A stretch of 63,534 nt of DNA, filler included. It is 4 parts of 4 records of this genome, joined end to end, with 100 filler letters (N's around TTAATTAATTAA, not from the genome) between each part and the next. Parts side by side here need not be neighbours in the genome. Positions count along the whole stretch, not along the records: positions 24,819 to 54,703 come from SRR20825010_805; positions 54,804 to 63,534 come from SRR20825010_809; 2 more parts are not named here. One strand, given 5' to 3'. Made by a program: the position numbers and the translations under genes. Positions 48,028-57,487 of this stretch are shown here, one piece after another. The notes below the pieces were generated by a model that was not told the origin of the DNA, did no database searches, and saw only the letters and a program-made list of their open reading frames with translations. The number at the start of each line of letters is the position of its first letter. The stretch's first letter is position 1.

Positions 48028-48816
48028 ATGAAAACACATACCTTAATTATTATTAGCGGCTTTACAGTGGGAATTGGATATAGCCAAGTGGGAGTTGGAA
48101 CAATATACCCTGCTAATTCTTCAATGCTTGAAATAAGTAGTACTTCAGATGGAGGTATTACTTTTAAAGGTTTAATGCCCCCTAGGGTTCCTAGTACGAC
48201 ACAGCGCGATTTAATTAATCCAATTTCTAATGATGTGGGTTTGCTAGTTTTTGTTGAAAATATTGGATGTTTTCAAATTTGGAATGGTAGTACTTGGGAA
48301 AATATTTATTGCTTAGATAAAATTCCTATTGAACCTTGGATTAATGAATTTCACTACGATAATATTGGAGGTGATATTGGTGAATTTATTGAAATTGCGG
48401 GTCCATCTGGTTTAGATTTGAGTAATTATAGAATATTGCTCTATAATGGAGCAAATGGCGCTACATATGATGGATTTACTTTATCGGGAATACTTCCTAT
48501 GGAATCTAATAATTATGGAGCTATAAGTTTTTACCCGACTACTATTCAAAATGATATGGAAGGAATAGCACTCATTAAACTTTCCACTAATCAAGTAATA
48601 CAGTTTATAAGTTATGAAGGAAGTTTTATAGCTACAAATAATACCGCAATTGGCACAACATCTATAGACATAGGGGTTTCCGAATCAACCAGCACAACGT
48701 CAATTGGATATTCACTACAGCTTAAAGGAACAGGAAATTCATATAACGATTTTATCTGGAGTTCTCCAGAAATTGAATCACCAGGCTTATTAAATACGGG
48801 ACAACAAATTAATTAA
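48028..48816 (+). CDS. Secreted protein with QVGIGT-type N-terminal module and lamin-tail-like C-terminal domain
   Basis: SQVGVGT…MLEISS…KGLMPPRV; WINEFHYDN…GEFIEIAG…LYNG. Confidence 0.7.
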   Translation: MKTHTLIIISGFTVGIGYSQVGVGTIYPANSSMLEISSTSDGGITFKGLMPPRVPSTTQRDLINPISNDVGLLVFVENIGCFQIWNGSTWENIYCLDKIPIEPWINEFHYDNIGGDIGEFIEIAGPSGLDLSNYRILLYNGANGATYDGFTLSGILPMESNNYGAISFYPTTIQNDMEGIALIKLSTNQVIQFISYEGSFIATNNTAIGTTSIDIGVSESTSTTSIGYSLQLKGTGNSYNDFIWSSPEIESPGLLNTGQQIN

Positions 48817-48842
48817 AATAGAATTAATTGATTTTAAACACT

Positions 48843-49250
48843 TTATAAAAATTTAGATTTCAATTCTGGTGTAGGAATCATACAGCTTTCCTTTTTTCCG
48901 TACCATTTGTATCGGTTTTTCGCAACATAATCATAAACTGCATTTCTTATGAATTTAGGAACAATCATAAACCCAAAAAATAGGGGGTATGCTCCATCTA
49001 GGTTTTTAGCTATATGAAGTGCAGCTGATGATTTTTCATACTTTTTGTCACCATCAATTAATATAATAGAATCTACTTTTGCAGTATTTACATTAAATTT
49101 TGAAAGTAGTTCTTGCCCGATTTCACTCTGCAACGCTGCAAATTTGAAGTTGTTTTTCGGGTCGTGTTTAATCACAAAATTGATGGAGTTATTGCAAAGG
49201 TTGCAAACCCCATCAAAAAGAATAATTTTATTTTCAGTTGCAGTCTGCAT
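48843..49250 (-). CDS. DCC1-like thiol-disulfide oxidoreductase (DUF393)
   Basis: FDGVCNLC, FAALQS, YDYVAKNRYKWYG. Confidence 0.9.
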   Translation of the reverse strand: MQTATENKIILFDGVCNLCNNSINFVIKHDPKNNFKFAALQSEIGQELLSKFNVNTAKVDSIILIDGDKKYEKSSAALHIAKNLDGAYPLFFGFMIVPKFIRNAVYDYVAKNRYKWYGKKESCMIPTPELKSKFL

Positions 49251-51424
49251 TATACTTTTTCCAGTTCTTCTAAACTCACATTTGTAGTAAACATACCGTA
49301 ATTAACAATCGCTTTGGTTTTTTCAATTGTATCAATCGTTCCAATGGCGCGACCGTCAATCATACGCACTCTGTCGCCAATTTTTAATGTAACTTTCGGT
49401 TTTGGTGGTGGAAGTTTTTTTGCTTTTTCCTTTTCTACCTTCTTACGTTCACGAATAACCTCGACCTTTTTTTCAACTTCTTGAATTACCTTTTGTTCTT
49501 TAACTTTTACAGCCTTTTTTTGTTTTGGAGCAAGCTTTTTTCGTTTGCTATTTTCAACCATAACAAGCTTCATTAACTGATCAATCAGTTGCTTTTTCTG
49601 CTTGTTGTTAAAGTATTTTTCTGAAAGCACAGCTACTTTTTTACCAAGACTAATAAGTTTTTGGTTGGCATCAAATAATTCCTGATAACTTTCTAGTTTT
49701 TCTTGAACCCGAGCATTTATTTCTTCCAATTGTTTTCCTTCTACGCGGGCTTTTTGTTCTTCACTTTTAAGTGCTTCAGAAGTCTTCCGAAGGTTAGAAC
49801 GCTCTTTTTGTAAATTAGCTATGGTTTTATCAAAACGTACTTTGCCACGTTCAATTTTCTTTTTCGCCCTATTGATTAAACTATACGGAATCCCATTTTT
49901 CTGAGCAACTTCAAACGTATAACTACTTCCAGCTTCACCTAAATGAAGGTGGTACAGCGGTTCTAACGATTTATTGTCAAACTGCATATTGGCATTTATA
50001 GCATTTGGCAATTCGTTGGCCAATAGCTTTAAATTGGTGTAATGCGTTGTTATAATCCCAAAAGCTTCCCGTTCATAAAAAACTTCTAAAAAGGTTTCAG
50101 CCAAAGCACCACCAAGTTCAGGATCACTTCCAGTTCCAAATTCATCAATTAAAAAAAGTGTGTTTTTATTACACTTCTTAAGAAATTGATTCATTTTTTT
50201 TAATCGGTAACTGTACGTACTTAGATGATTTTCAATAGATTGATTGTCGCCAATATCCGTTAAAATTCGTTTGAAGAAGAAAACTTCACTTTGTGGTTCC
50301 ACAGGTATAAGCATTCCGCTTTGCAACATAACTTGCAATAGCCCAACAGTTTTTAAAGTGATACTTTTTCCTCCAGCATTGGGACCAGAAATTACAATAA
50401 TCCGCTTATCAGGAACCAATTCAATAGTTTGTGGGAAGGTTTTTTCTTTTCGTTTATTATTTGAAACTAACAATAACGGATGAAAAGCCTTTTGTAGTAA
50501 AATTCTTTTTTCTGTGGTAAGTATAGGTAAAACTGCATTTATTTTTATAGCGTATTTCGCTTTTGCATAAAGCACATCTATGGTTGTTAAATACGCTTGG
50601 TAAGCCGCCAAAAGCGTATTATAGGGACGAATAAATTCAGTTAAGGCTTTTAATATTTTTTTTATTTCTTCATCCTCTTCATACAACAAATTACTGAGTT
50701 CATTAGCGTATTCAAGGGTTTCCTGAGGTTCAATAAAAACAATGCTTCCAGTTTTGGAGCTTCCTAAAACAGCGCCTTTCACTTTTTTGCGATGCATTGC
50801 TTTTACTGCAAGCACACGACGGTTTTCAACAATAGATTCACGAATTTCATCCAAATAATCATTCTGCAAATATTGCGAAAGCGCTTTGGTAAACGATGAA
50901 TTTATTTTCCCTTTTACTACATTCAATCTTCTACGTATTACTCCTAATTCTGAAGAAGCTTCGTCTTTAATTTCACCGTATTTATCAATACGTTTATGTA
51001 TTTCTTCGGAAATCATTGAAGTATAATTTACTTCTTCCGAAAATCGATTCAAGTGAATATAGAATTCTTCAAATTTCTTAAAGAATTTTAAAAGTATTCG
51101 TGTGGTTTCTGAAATAGATAAAATCCTTCTAAATCCAGAGATTTCCAACGTGCTATTTTCAATATCTAGCAAGCGCAATTCTCTAAAAATAGGGTCGAAA
51201 CCGTGGTTTGGAATACGATTTTCTCCATCAAATGAAGCGGTAAACTCTTTTACACGCTTTAACTCAGGAGCTATTTCAGTAAAATCCTGAAATGGATTTA
51301 TTAAAAGCACTTTTTCTTTTCCAGGTTCAGTAACGCAATTGTCAGCAACTTGCCGCAATACCGAAGGGAATTCAAGGTCTTCTAAAGTTTTAGTATCTAT
51401 ACGGGCTTTCCGTTTTATTTCCAT
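49250..51424 (-). CDS. mutS2: MutS2 family protein without C-terminal Smr domain
   Basis: SKTGSIVFIEP, HPLL, GPNAGGKS, DIGDNQSIE, IDEFGTGSDP, TTHY; ends with a KOW-like domain. Confidence 0.9.
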   Translation of the reverse strand: MEIKRKARIDTKTLEDLEFPSVLRQVADNCVTEPGKEKVLLINPFQDFTEIAPELKRVKEFTASFDGENRIPNHGFDPIFRELRLLDIENSTLEISGFRRILSISETTRILLKFFKKFEEFYIHLNRFSEEVNYTSMISEEIHKRIDKYGEIKDEASSELGVIRRRLNVVKGKINSSFTKALSQYLQNDYLDEIRESIVENRRVLAVKAMHRKKVKGAVLGSSKTGSIVFIEPQETLEYANELSNLLYEEDEEIKKILKALTEFIRPYNTLLAAYQAYLTTIDVLYAKAKYAIKINAVLPILTTEKRILLQKAFHPLLLVSNNKRKEKTFPQTIELVPDKRIIVISGPNAGGKSITLKTVGLLQVMLQSGMLIPVEPQSEVFFFKRILTDIGDNQSIENHLSTYSYRLKKMNQFLKKCNKNTLFLIDEFGTGSDPELGGALAETFLEVFYEREAFGIITTHYTNLKLLANELPNAINANMQFDNKSLEPLYHLHLGEAGSSYTFEVAQKNGIPYSLINRAKKKIERGKVRFDKTIANLQKERSNLRKTSEALKSEEQKARVEGKQLEEINARVQEKLESYQELFDANQKLISLGKKVAVLSEKYFNNKQKKQLIDQLMKLVMVENSKRKKLAPKQKKAVKVKEQKVIQEVEKKVEVIRERKKVEKEKAKKLPPPKPKVTLKIGDRVRMIDGRAIGTIDTIEKTKAIVNYGMFTTNVSLEELEKV

Positions 51425-51463
51425 TAATTTTACTTTTTCAGCAATCATACAAAAGTAAGAATA

Positions 51464-52141
51464 ATGCAACTAACAATCCCACCTAGTTGGAAACAGGTTT
51501 TAAAGGAAGAAATAGAAAACCCTGAGTTTAAAAATTTAATGGAATTTGTTGAAAATGAGTATAATTCAAGCGTCAGCAAATGTTTTCCGCCAAGTGAACA
51601 GTTATTTTCAGCCTTCAAGCATACCCCTTTTAATGAGGTAAAAGTTGTAATAATTGGCCAAGATCCATATCACGGAGCAGGGCAGGCCAATGGGCTTTGT
51701 TTTTCAGTAAATGACGGAATTAAAAAACCACCATCACTAAATAATATATTCAAGAAAATAAGTTTGGATTTAGGAACTGAGATTCCTGAGTCTGGTAATT
51801 TAGAACGTTGGGCAGGCCAAGGAGTGCTTTTATTGAATGCAATACTAAGTGTTCGAGAAAAAAAGCCTGGTAGTCATAAAAATAAAGGCTGGGAAAAATT
51901 TACGGATGCTGTTATTGAAAAGCTTTCTTCGGAAAAAGAAAATTTGGTGTTTATTCTCTGGGGAAATTATGCAAAGCAAAAAGGAAAAAATATTGATGAA
52001 ACAAAGCATTTAGTGATAAAAAGTATTCACCCATCACCATTAAGCGTCAATAAAAATAAAGAGGAGTGGTTTACTAAAAATAATTTTAGTGAAATAAATA
52101 GTTTTTTAAAAGAAAAAGGTAAAAGTCCAATAGTCTGGTAA
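51464..52141 (+). CDS. ung: Uracil-DNA glycosylase
   Basis: GQDPYH, PPSLNNI, GVLLLN, HPSPLS. Confidence 0.96.
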   Translation: MQLTIPPSWKQVLKEEIENPEFKNLMEFVENEYNSSVSKCFPPSEQLFSAFKHTPFNEVKVVIIGQDPYHGAGQANGLCFSVNDGIKKPPSLNNIFKKISLDLGTEIPESGNLERWAGQGVLLLNAILSVREKKPGSHKNKGWEKFTDAVIEKLSSEKENLVFILWGNYAKQKGKNIDETKHLVIKSIHPSPLSVNKNKEEWFTKNNFSEINSFLKEKGKSPIVW

Positions 52142-52208
52142 CCTGTGTAATAACAACTAAAAGTGGTTGTTTCAAAAAAATAGAATAGAAGGTTGAGGAG
52201 AAACCAAT

Positions 52209-52316
52209 CTATTCTTCTTCGGGTACTTCTGGTTCGGTAGCATCATTACAGCTAAACTGTAACAAAAGAAAGTTAGTGACCAACAACGCTCCCAAAACGA
52301 TTAAAAATGTAGTCAT
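52209..52316 (-). CDS. Small 35-aa membrane/lipoprotein-like protein (not in ORF track)
   Basis: MTTFLIVLGALLVTNFLLLQFSCNDATEPEVPEEE*: hydrophobic stretch, FSC, acidic tail; A-rich upstream region. Confidence 0.6.
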   Translation of the reverse strand: MTTFLIVLGALLVTNFLLLQFSCNDATEPEVPEEE

Positions 52317-52388
52317 AATATTTGATTTTATACAAATAAGATGCAGTATGCTTTCTCGGGTTGCGTAAAATTTAAATTTTTTTGTGAT

Positions 52389-53237
52389 TTATTTTAAAAT
52401 GCTGGTATGCTGTATTTTATTTTCAATTAAATCTAATTCTAATAACTTTTGTTGAATGTTTTCGAGCTCTGCTAACGTTAACTGACTATCACTCCATTCT
52501 GTTAATGAAAGCCATTCTTGAACATCTTCAATTTTCTGACCGTATCTTTTTGCTATAATTTGGTCAATATTTTCTAATTGCTTGAAACTTCTAGTAGTCG
52601 CGTTTATTATTTCTAGAATAGTTTGTATTGCCTCAGCATCATTATCTAAAACATCATTTCTAACTGCAATCACAAAACTTGGCCAAGGAGTAGGGGATTC
52701 GCCAACCAATCTAAAAACACCAGTATCAACATAGGGTTTGGTCATAAATTTTTCCCACATAAAATAATCACCGTTTCCATTTGGTAAACCTTCCAAAGCA
52801 CCATCAAGATCTTGAATTACTTTAAACTTTAAGTCATTTTGTAAATTCCATTCTAAGTTTTCAGCATTTACATAAGCCATTAAATGCGAGCCCGAACCAT
52901 ACCTACTAATAGCCGCCGACGTTCCTTTTAGGTCTGAAACAGTTTTGTAATCTGAATTTGCAGCAACATGAATCCCCCAGATTAAGGGTGATTTCACAAA
53001 AACTTGCACAATTTTGCAATCATTACCATTAATAATATCACGAACTACGCCTTCAGTGAGTATAACAGCCATATCAATCTCTTTTTCTCTAAGAGCTTGA
53101 CACATTTGTCCTGTTCCTCCTGGATAATCTTTCCAACGAAGGTTAATATTCTTTTTCTGAAATTCCTTATCGCGAAGTGCGATGTACCAAGGTAAATTGA
53201 AGTGTTCTGGCACCCCGCCAATCAGGAAGTTTTTCAT
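52389..53237 (-). CDS. Substrate-binding-domain protein (NMT1/THI5-like fold), no signal peptide
   Basis: GGVPEHFNLPW, GGTGQM, LTEG, SRYGSGSHLMA, FMWEKF, TPWPSF. Confidence 0.8.
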   Translation of the reverse strand: MKNFLIGGVPEHFNLPWYIALRDKEFQKKNINLRWKDYPGGTGQMCQALREKEIDMAVILTEGVVRDIINGNDCKIVQVFVKSPLIWGIHVAANSDYKTVSDLKGTSAAISRYGSGSHLMAYVNAENLEWNLQNDLKFKVIQDLDGALEGLPNGNGDYFMWEKFMTKPYVDTGVFRLVGESPTPWPSFVIAVRNDVLDNDAEAIQTILEIINATTRSFKQLENIDQIIAKRYGQKIEDVQEWLSLTEWSDSQLTLAELENIQQKLLELDLIENKIQHTSILK

Positions 53238-54106
53238 TTAGAAATAATTTTCAATGTCGTTTTTATTAAAGAATCAATAGTCTTTTCAGAATTAAGACTA
53301 AAGGTTCCATTTGCTCTATTTGCCAAAATAGCATTTAGCGATATTGCACTATGACCCAATAATCTTGCCAATCCATAGATTCCAGATGTTTCCATCTCCA
53401 AATTGGTAATTTTAGCACCTTTATAATTGAATTTTTGGATTTTATCATTCATGTTTTTATCTTCAGTTGAAAGACGAAGCACACGTCCTTGTGGCCCATA
53501 AAAACCTACGTTTGTGGCGGTAATACCTTTAATAAATTCCTTTGAACTAAACTTTTTTAGTAATTCATCATCCGCTGAAACAACATAGGGTTCAGATTTT
53601 TTAGCGTTCCAGTTAGTATGTTCGGTAAATGCTGCTGAAAAATCAGTATCAAGGAAAGAAGTTTCTTTATAAAAATGAAGCAAATTGTCAAACCCAATTG
53701 CTTTTGCTGAAACCAAAAAACTATCAATCGCTATTTCTGGCTGAATTGCACCAGAAGTTCCTATGCGGATTATTTTTAAAGGGGTAAGTTGATTTTTAAT
53801 AGTGCGTGTTTCAAAATCAATATTTTTTAAGGCGTCTAATTCATTTAAAACAATATCAATATTATCAGTCCCAATACCTGTAGAAATCACACTTATGCGT
53901 TTTCCATTAAAGCTTCCGGTATGTGTTTTAAACTCCCTTTTATGGGTTTTAAATTCAATGGTGTCAAAATATTTTGAAACTGTAGCTACACGGTCTGGAT
54001 CACCAACGGTAATTATAGTATCTGCAAGTTGGTGGGGTAGTAAATTGAGATGATAAATACTTCCATCAGGATTAAGGATTAGCTCCGATTCTTTAATTTT
54101 CACCAT
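53234..54106 (-). CDS. Nucleoside (uridine) phosphorylase family protein
   Basis: VGDPDRV, STGIGTDN, RIGTSG, FYGPQGR, NLEMET. Confidence 0.9.
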   Translation of the reverse strand: MVKIKESELILNPDGSIYHLNLLPHQLADTIITVGDPDRVATVSKYFDTIEFKTHKREFKTHTGSFNGKRISVISTGIGTDNIDIVLNELDALKNIDFETRTIKNQLTPLKIIRIGTSGAIQPEIAIDSFLVSAKAIGFDNLLHFYKETSFLDTDFSAAFTEHTNWNAKKSEPYVVSADDELLKKFSSKEFIKGITATNVGFYGPQGRVLRLSTEDKNMNDKIQKFNYKGAKITNLEMETSGIYGLARLLGHSAISLNAILANRANGTFSLNSEKTIDSLIKTTLKIISK

Positions 54107-54111
54107 ACTAT

Positions 54112-54441
54112 TTATCCTCCAACACGTTTTACCTTAAACCCTTTTTCTTTTAAAAAGGTCATAATTTTATCGCGATAATCCCCTTGAATAATTATTTGTT
54201 CGTTCTTAAAACTACCGCCAACACTCAATAACTGCTTTATTTCTTTCGCAAGAATTTTAAAGTCTGAATCGGCACCTGTATATCCTTCAATGATTGTAAT
54301 TGGTTTTCCTTTTCGCTTTTCATATTTGCAAATTAAAGGATCATCTTGCATCCAAAGTGTTGATTCCTCCTGCGTTTCAGGAATATCTTTGGGCTCATGG
54401 TCTGGAAAAAGGTTTTTTAATTGGTCTTCTAAAGATCTCAA
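54112..54441 (-). CDS. Translation initiation factor SUI1/YciH family
   Basis: RKGKPITII…GGSFK…IQGDYRD; TTG start. Confidence 0.88.
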   Translation of the reverse strand: MRSLEDQLKNLFPDHEPKDIPETQEESTLWMQDDPLICKYEKRKGKPITIIEGYTGADSDFKILAKEIKQLLSVGGSFKNEQIIIQGDYRDKIMTFLKEKGFKVKRVGG

Positions 54442-54483
54442 AGTCTAAATTTTCAAGTTTATCTGCAAATTGCCACTAACAAC

Positions 54484-54703
54484 TTACTTTTTAATTAATC
54501 CAATCTCCACCAATCGTTGGTGTAAAAACTCTCCAGCGGTAATATCATCATACGCTTTTGTATGTTCCGAATCAATACATTCTGGCAAGCAGTTTAATTT
54601 CATATCGCTACGTGGATGCATAAAAAATGGAATAGAGTAGCGTGCCGTACCCCATTCTTCTTTAGGTGGGTTTACAACACGATGTATTGTAGAACGTAGC
54701 TTA
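54484..54703 (-). CDS. Isopenicillin N synthase-like 2OG-Fe(II) dioxygenase, C-terminal fragment
   Basis: KLRSTIHRVVNPP…RYSIPFFMHP…LVEIGLIKK*. Confidence 0.85.
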
Positions 54704-54803
54704 NNNNNNNNNNNNNNNNNNNNNNNNNNNNNNNNNNNNNNNNNNNNTTAATTAATTAANNNNNNNNNNNNNNNNNNNNNNNNNNNNNNNNNNNNNNNNN
54801 NNN
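54704..54803. other. Artificial contig spacer
   Basis: N run with TTAATTAATTAA. Confidence 0.98.
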
Positions 54804-54999
54804 AACATTAGAAGATTCTGGAACTGTTACCTCTGTTTTAGTTCCTTGGAACACTTGTGGTGCCTACCAAAGTGGCGTACTTGGAGTAGATACTACTGCC
54901 TACATTGGCTATGCTTTCTTTAATTATTTGAGTCCGTTTGTAACATTACTGTATGCTGCTTTAAATATTAAAATAAAACAGCTTTCAGAAAAAAAATAA
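54804..54999 (+). CDS. nhaC: NhaC family Na+/H+ antiporter, C-terminal fragment
   Basis: TLEDSGTVTSVLVPWNTCGAY…LGV…YAFFNYLSP. Confidence 0.8.
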
Positions 55000-55204
55000 T
55001 ATCATAATTTTTCAAGCACTCTATTGAGCATTCCTTAATTAAAGAGGTCAAAAATTACATCATCAATAAAAATAATACCTATTCCGCACTAGTATAAGTA
55101 AACTCTATTTTTTAATAAGTTAATATAATTCAAAAAATATGGTTTCCTCTCTATTACTTTTTAAATTTGCATTGAAAGTTTAACACAAATAAAAAGTAAT
55201 AAAT

Positions 55205-55843
55205 ATGGCATTAGTAGGTAAAAAATTTCCAAACATAGCAGTAGATGCTATGAACGAAATGGGAGACACTTTTAAATTGAATGTTTTAGAAGAAGCAATC
55301 AAAAACAAGAAAAAAGTAATCCTTTTTTGGTATCCAAAGGATTTTACATTTGTTTGCCCTACAGAATTACATGCATTCCAATCAGCTTTAGGAGAATTTG
55401 AAAAAAGAAACACCCTTGTAATTGGTGCTTCTTGTGATACTCCTGAAGTACACTTTGCATGGTTAAATACAGCAAAAGACAACGGAGGAATTGAAGGAGT
55501 TACTTACCCTCTATTAGCAGATAGCAACAGAAACTTAGCAAATATGTTACGTATTTTAGATTTATCTTCTGAAACGTATAACGAAGAAACAGATTCTTAT
55601 GTTTACGAAGGAGATAATGTAACTTTTAGAGCTACTTTCTTAATCGACGAAGATGGTAAAGTATTCCACGAAAGTGTAAACGATATGCCTGTAGGAAGAA
55701 ATGTAAACGAATATTTACGTTTAATAGACGCATATGCGCACGTTCAAAAAAACGGAGAAGTTTGTCCTGCAAACTGGGAAGAAGGTAAAGAGGCTATGAA
55801 CGCCGACAGAAAAGGGGTTGCAGCTTACTTAAGTTCAAACTAA
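55205..55843 (+). CDS. ahpC: 2-Cys peroxiredoxin (AhpC/Prx1)
   Basis: YPKDFTFVCPTE, GRN, GEVCPANW. Confidence 0.95.
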   Translation: MALVGKKFPNIAVDAMNEMGDTFKLNVLEEAIKNKKKVILFWYPKDFTFVCPTELHAFQSALGEFEKRNTLVIGASCDTPEVHFAWLNTAKDNGGIEGVTYPLLADSNRNLANMLRILDLSSETYNEETDSYVYEGDNVTFRATFLIDEDGKVFHESVNDMPVGRNVNEYLRLIDAYAHVQKNGEVCPANWEEGKEAMNADRKGVAAYLSSN

Positions 55844-55851
55844 AGAATACG

Positions 55852-56166
55852 ATGTTAGTAGAATTAGAAAAAGATAATTTAGCTGATTTAGTTGCAGAAA
55901 ACGATACCGTACTTGTACAGTATTCTGCTGGATGGTGCGGCAATTGCCGAATCATGAAACCTAAATTCAAGAAGTTTTCTCAAGAAGCAGCAAATGCAAC
56001 TTTTGTTATTGTTGATGCTGAAAAATTTCCTGAATCTAGAAAATTAGCAAGTGTAGACAACTTACCTACCTTTGCTGCTTTCAAGGGTGGAAAAGTGAGC
56101 AACCAAATTCAGACAAATAAAACAGACGTCTTAAAAGATTTTATTGATGAAGCTACCAGTAATTAA
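55852..56166 (+). CDS. Thioredoxin family protein
   Basis: WCGNC active site, LPTF. Confidence 0.9.
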   Translation: MLVELEKDNLADLVAENDTVLVQYSAGWCGNCRIMKPKFKKFSQEAANATFVIVDAEKFPESRKLASVDNLPTFAAFKGGKVSNQIQTNKTDVLKDFIDEATSN

Positions 56167-56407
56167 ACAGCTTTCCAATTTTATTGAAGCCAACGATGAG
56201 GATTATGTAATTGAGGCCATTGAAACTTTGGAAGCTATTACAGAAGTCCCTTCATTAAAAGACGAAGAGTTGGACGTTATTGGAGAACTTATTTCCAATA
56301 TGTATGGCGCTTTGGAGGTCAATAAAATGGTAAAAGAAGACGGAATGAACCAAAAAGAGGCTGTAAATGCCTTTATGAAGAGAGTTTTAGGTTCTATTGA
56401 TAAATAG
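56147..56407 (+). CDS. Small acidic helical hypothetical protein (DUF6952-like)
   Basis: Overlaps the thioredoxin gene; MKLPVIK…ELDVIGELISNMYGALEV…FMKRVLGSID. Confidence 0.75.
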   Translation: MKLPVIKQLSNFIEANDEDYVIEAIETLEAITEVPSLKDEELDVIGELISNMYGALEVNKMVKEDGMNQKEAVNAFMKRVLGSIDK

Positions 56408-56447
56408 AATTGAATTCCTCAGATGGGAAAAAATTAGAAAAAGAAAC

Positions 56448-56479
56448 AAAAAAGGTTGTCTGAAAAGACAGCCTTTTTT
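56448..56479. terminator. Rho-independent terminator (bidirectional type) after ahpC-trx-hypothetical
   Basis: AAAAAAGGTTGTCT-GAAA-AGACAGCCTTTTTT hairpin with T tract. Confidence 0.8.
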
Positions 56480-56565
56480 GTTTCTAATACCAGCATTTAT
56501 TAATACCTTTAAATTTAGAAAAATCAACTATTTTTCTTTAAACATAAAAATTCAAGACAAATAAA

Positions 56566-57069
56566 ATGGCAACAGTAACATTAAAAGGAAATCAAATTCA
56601 CACATCAGGAGAGCTTCCTAAAACTGGAAACAAGGCACCCGATTTTAATCTTGTAAAAACAGATCTTTCTACTACTTCTTTAGCAGATTTTAAAGGTTCT
56701 AAAGTAGTATTAAATATCTTTCCAAGTGTAGATACAGGAACCTGTGCAGCCAGTGTACGTGCGTTTAATAAAGAAGTTTCTGCATTAGAAAACACAAAAG
56801 TATTATGTATTTCAAGAGACTTACCTTTTGCAATGGCTCGTTTTTGCGGGGCAGAAGGTTTGGAAAACGTAATTTCTCTATCAGATTTTAGAAATCATAA
56901 ATTTGGTAAAGACTACGGTTTAGACTTTACAGATGGTCCTTTAGAGGGGCTTTTAAGTAGAGTTGTTATTGTTTTAAATGAAAATGGAGAAATTATTTAT
57001 TCAGAACAAATAGCTGAAACTGTAGACGAACCTAACTATGAAGCTGCATTAAATGCTTTAAAAGCTTGA
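56566..57069 (+). CDS. tpx: Thiol peroxidase (atypical 2-Cys Prx)
   Basis: FPSVDTGTCA, ISRDLPFAMARFCGAEG, EPNYEAAL. Confidence 0.95.
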   Translation: MATVTLKGNQIHTSGELPKTGNKAPDFNLVKTDLSTTSLADFKGSKVVLNIFPSVDTGTCAASVRAFNKEVSALENTKVLCISRDLPFAMARFCGAEGLENVISLSDFRNHKFGKDYGLDFTDGPLEGLLSRVVIVLNENGEIIYSEQIAETVDEPNYEAALNALKA

Positions 57070-57425
57070 TCAATTTTATAAAAAATAGATTACACAGTAT
57101 TAGGTACGCTTGTAAAGGAGCGTACCTTTTATTAAAAACTGAAGCCAGTATTCAAACGCAGGCTTCCATTGCCCTAATTGCTACAATTGCTGGTTTTTAC
57201 TATCAAATTTCTCCTACTGAATGGATCTTACAAATTCTTACAATTGCTTTAATAATGAGTATTGAAGGTTTGAATACTGCTGTAGAAAAAATAGCAGATT
57301 TTATACATCCCGAGCATCATTATAAAATAGGATTTATTAAAGATATTGCTGCTGGCGCAGTTTGGATTTCAGCTATTGCAGCTATAATAATTGGGGCTAT
57401 AATCTACATTCCTAAAATATTTTAA
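57066..57425 (+). CDS. dgkA: Diacylglycerol/undecaprenol kinase family
   Basis: EGLNTAVEKIAD…IKDIAAGAV. Confidence 0.88.
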   Translation: MINFIKNRLHSIRYACKGAYLLLKTEASIQTQASIALIATIAGFYYQISPTEWILQILTIALIMSIEGLNTAVEKIADFIHPEHHYKIGFIKDIAAGAVWISAIAAIIIGAIIYIPKIF

Positions 57426-57487
57426 AAATATAATTAGAAACTGTACGTTTGTAATTAGTATTTTTGCGACAAAACTTAATGTAGCCA

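Noticed and set aside
55060-55110. Possible OxyR site upstream of ahpC (ATAA-N7-CTAT at 55094-55108)
   Set aside because: Only one half-site fits; spacing to the upstream CTAT does not match the four-box pattern, and the region is very AT-rich.
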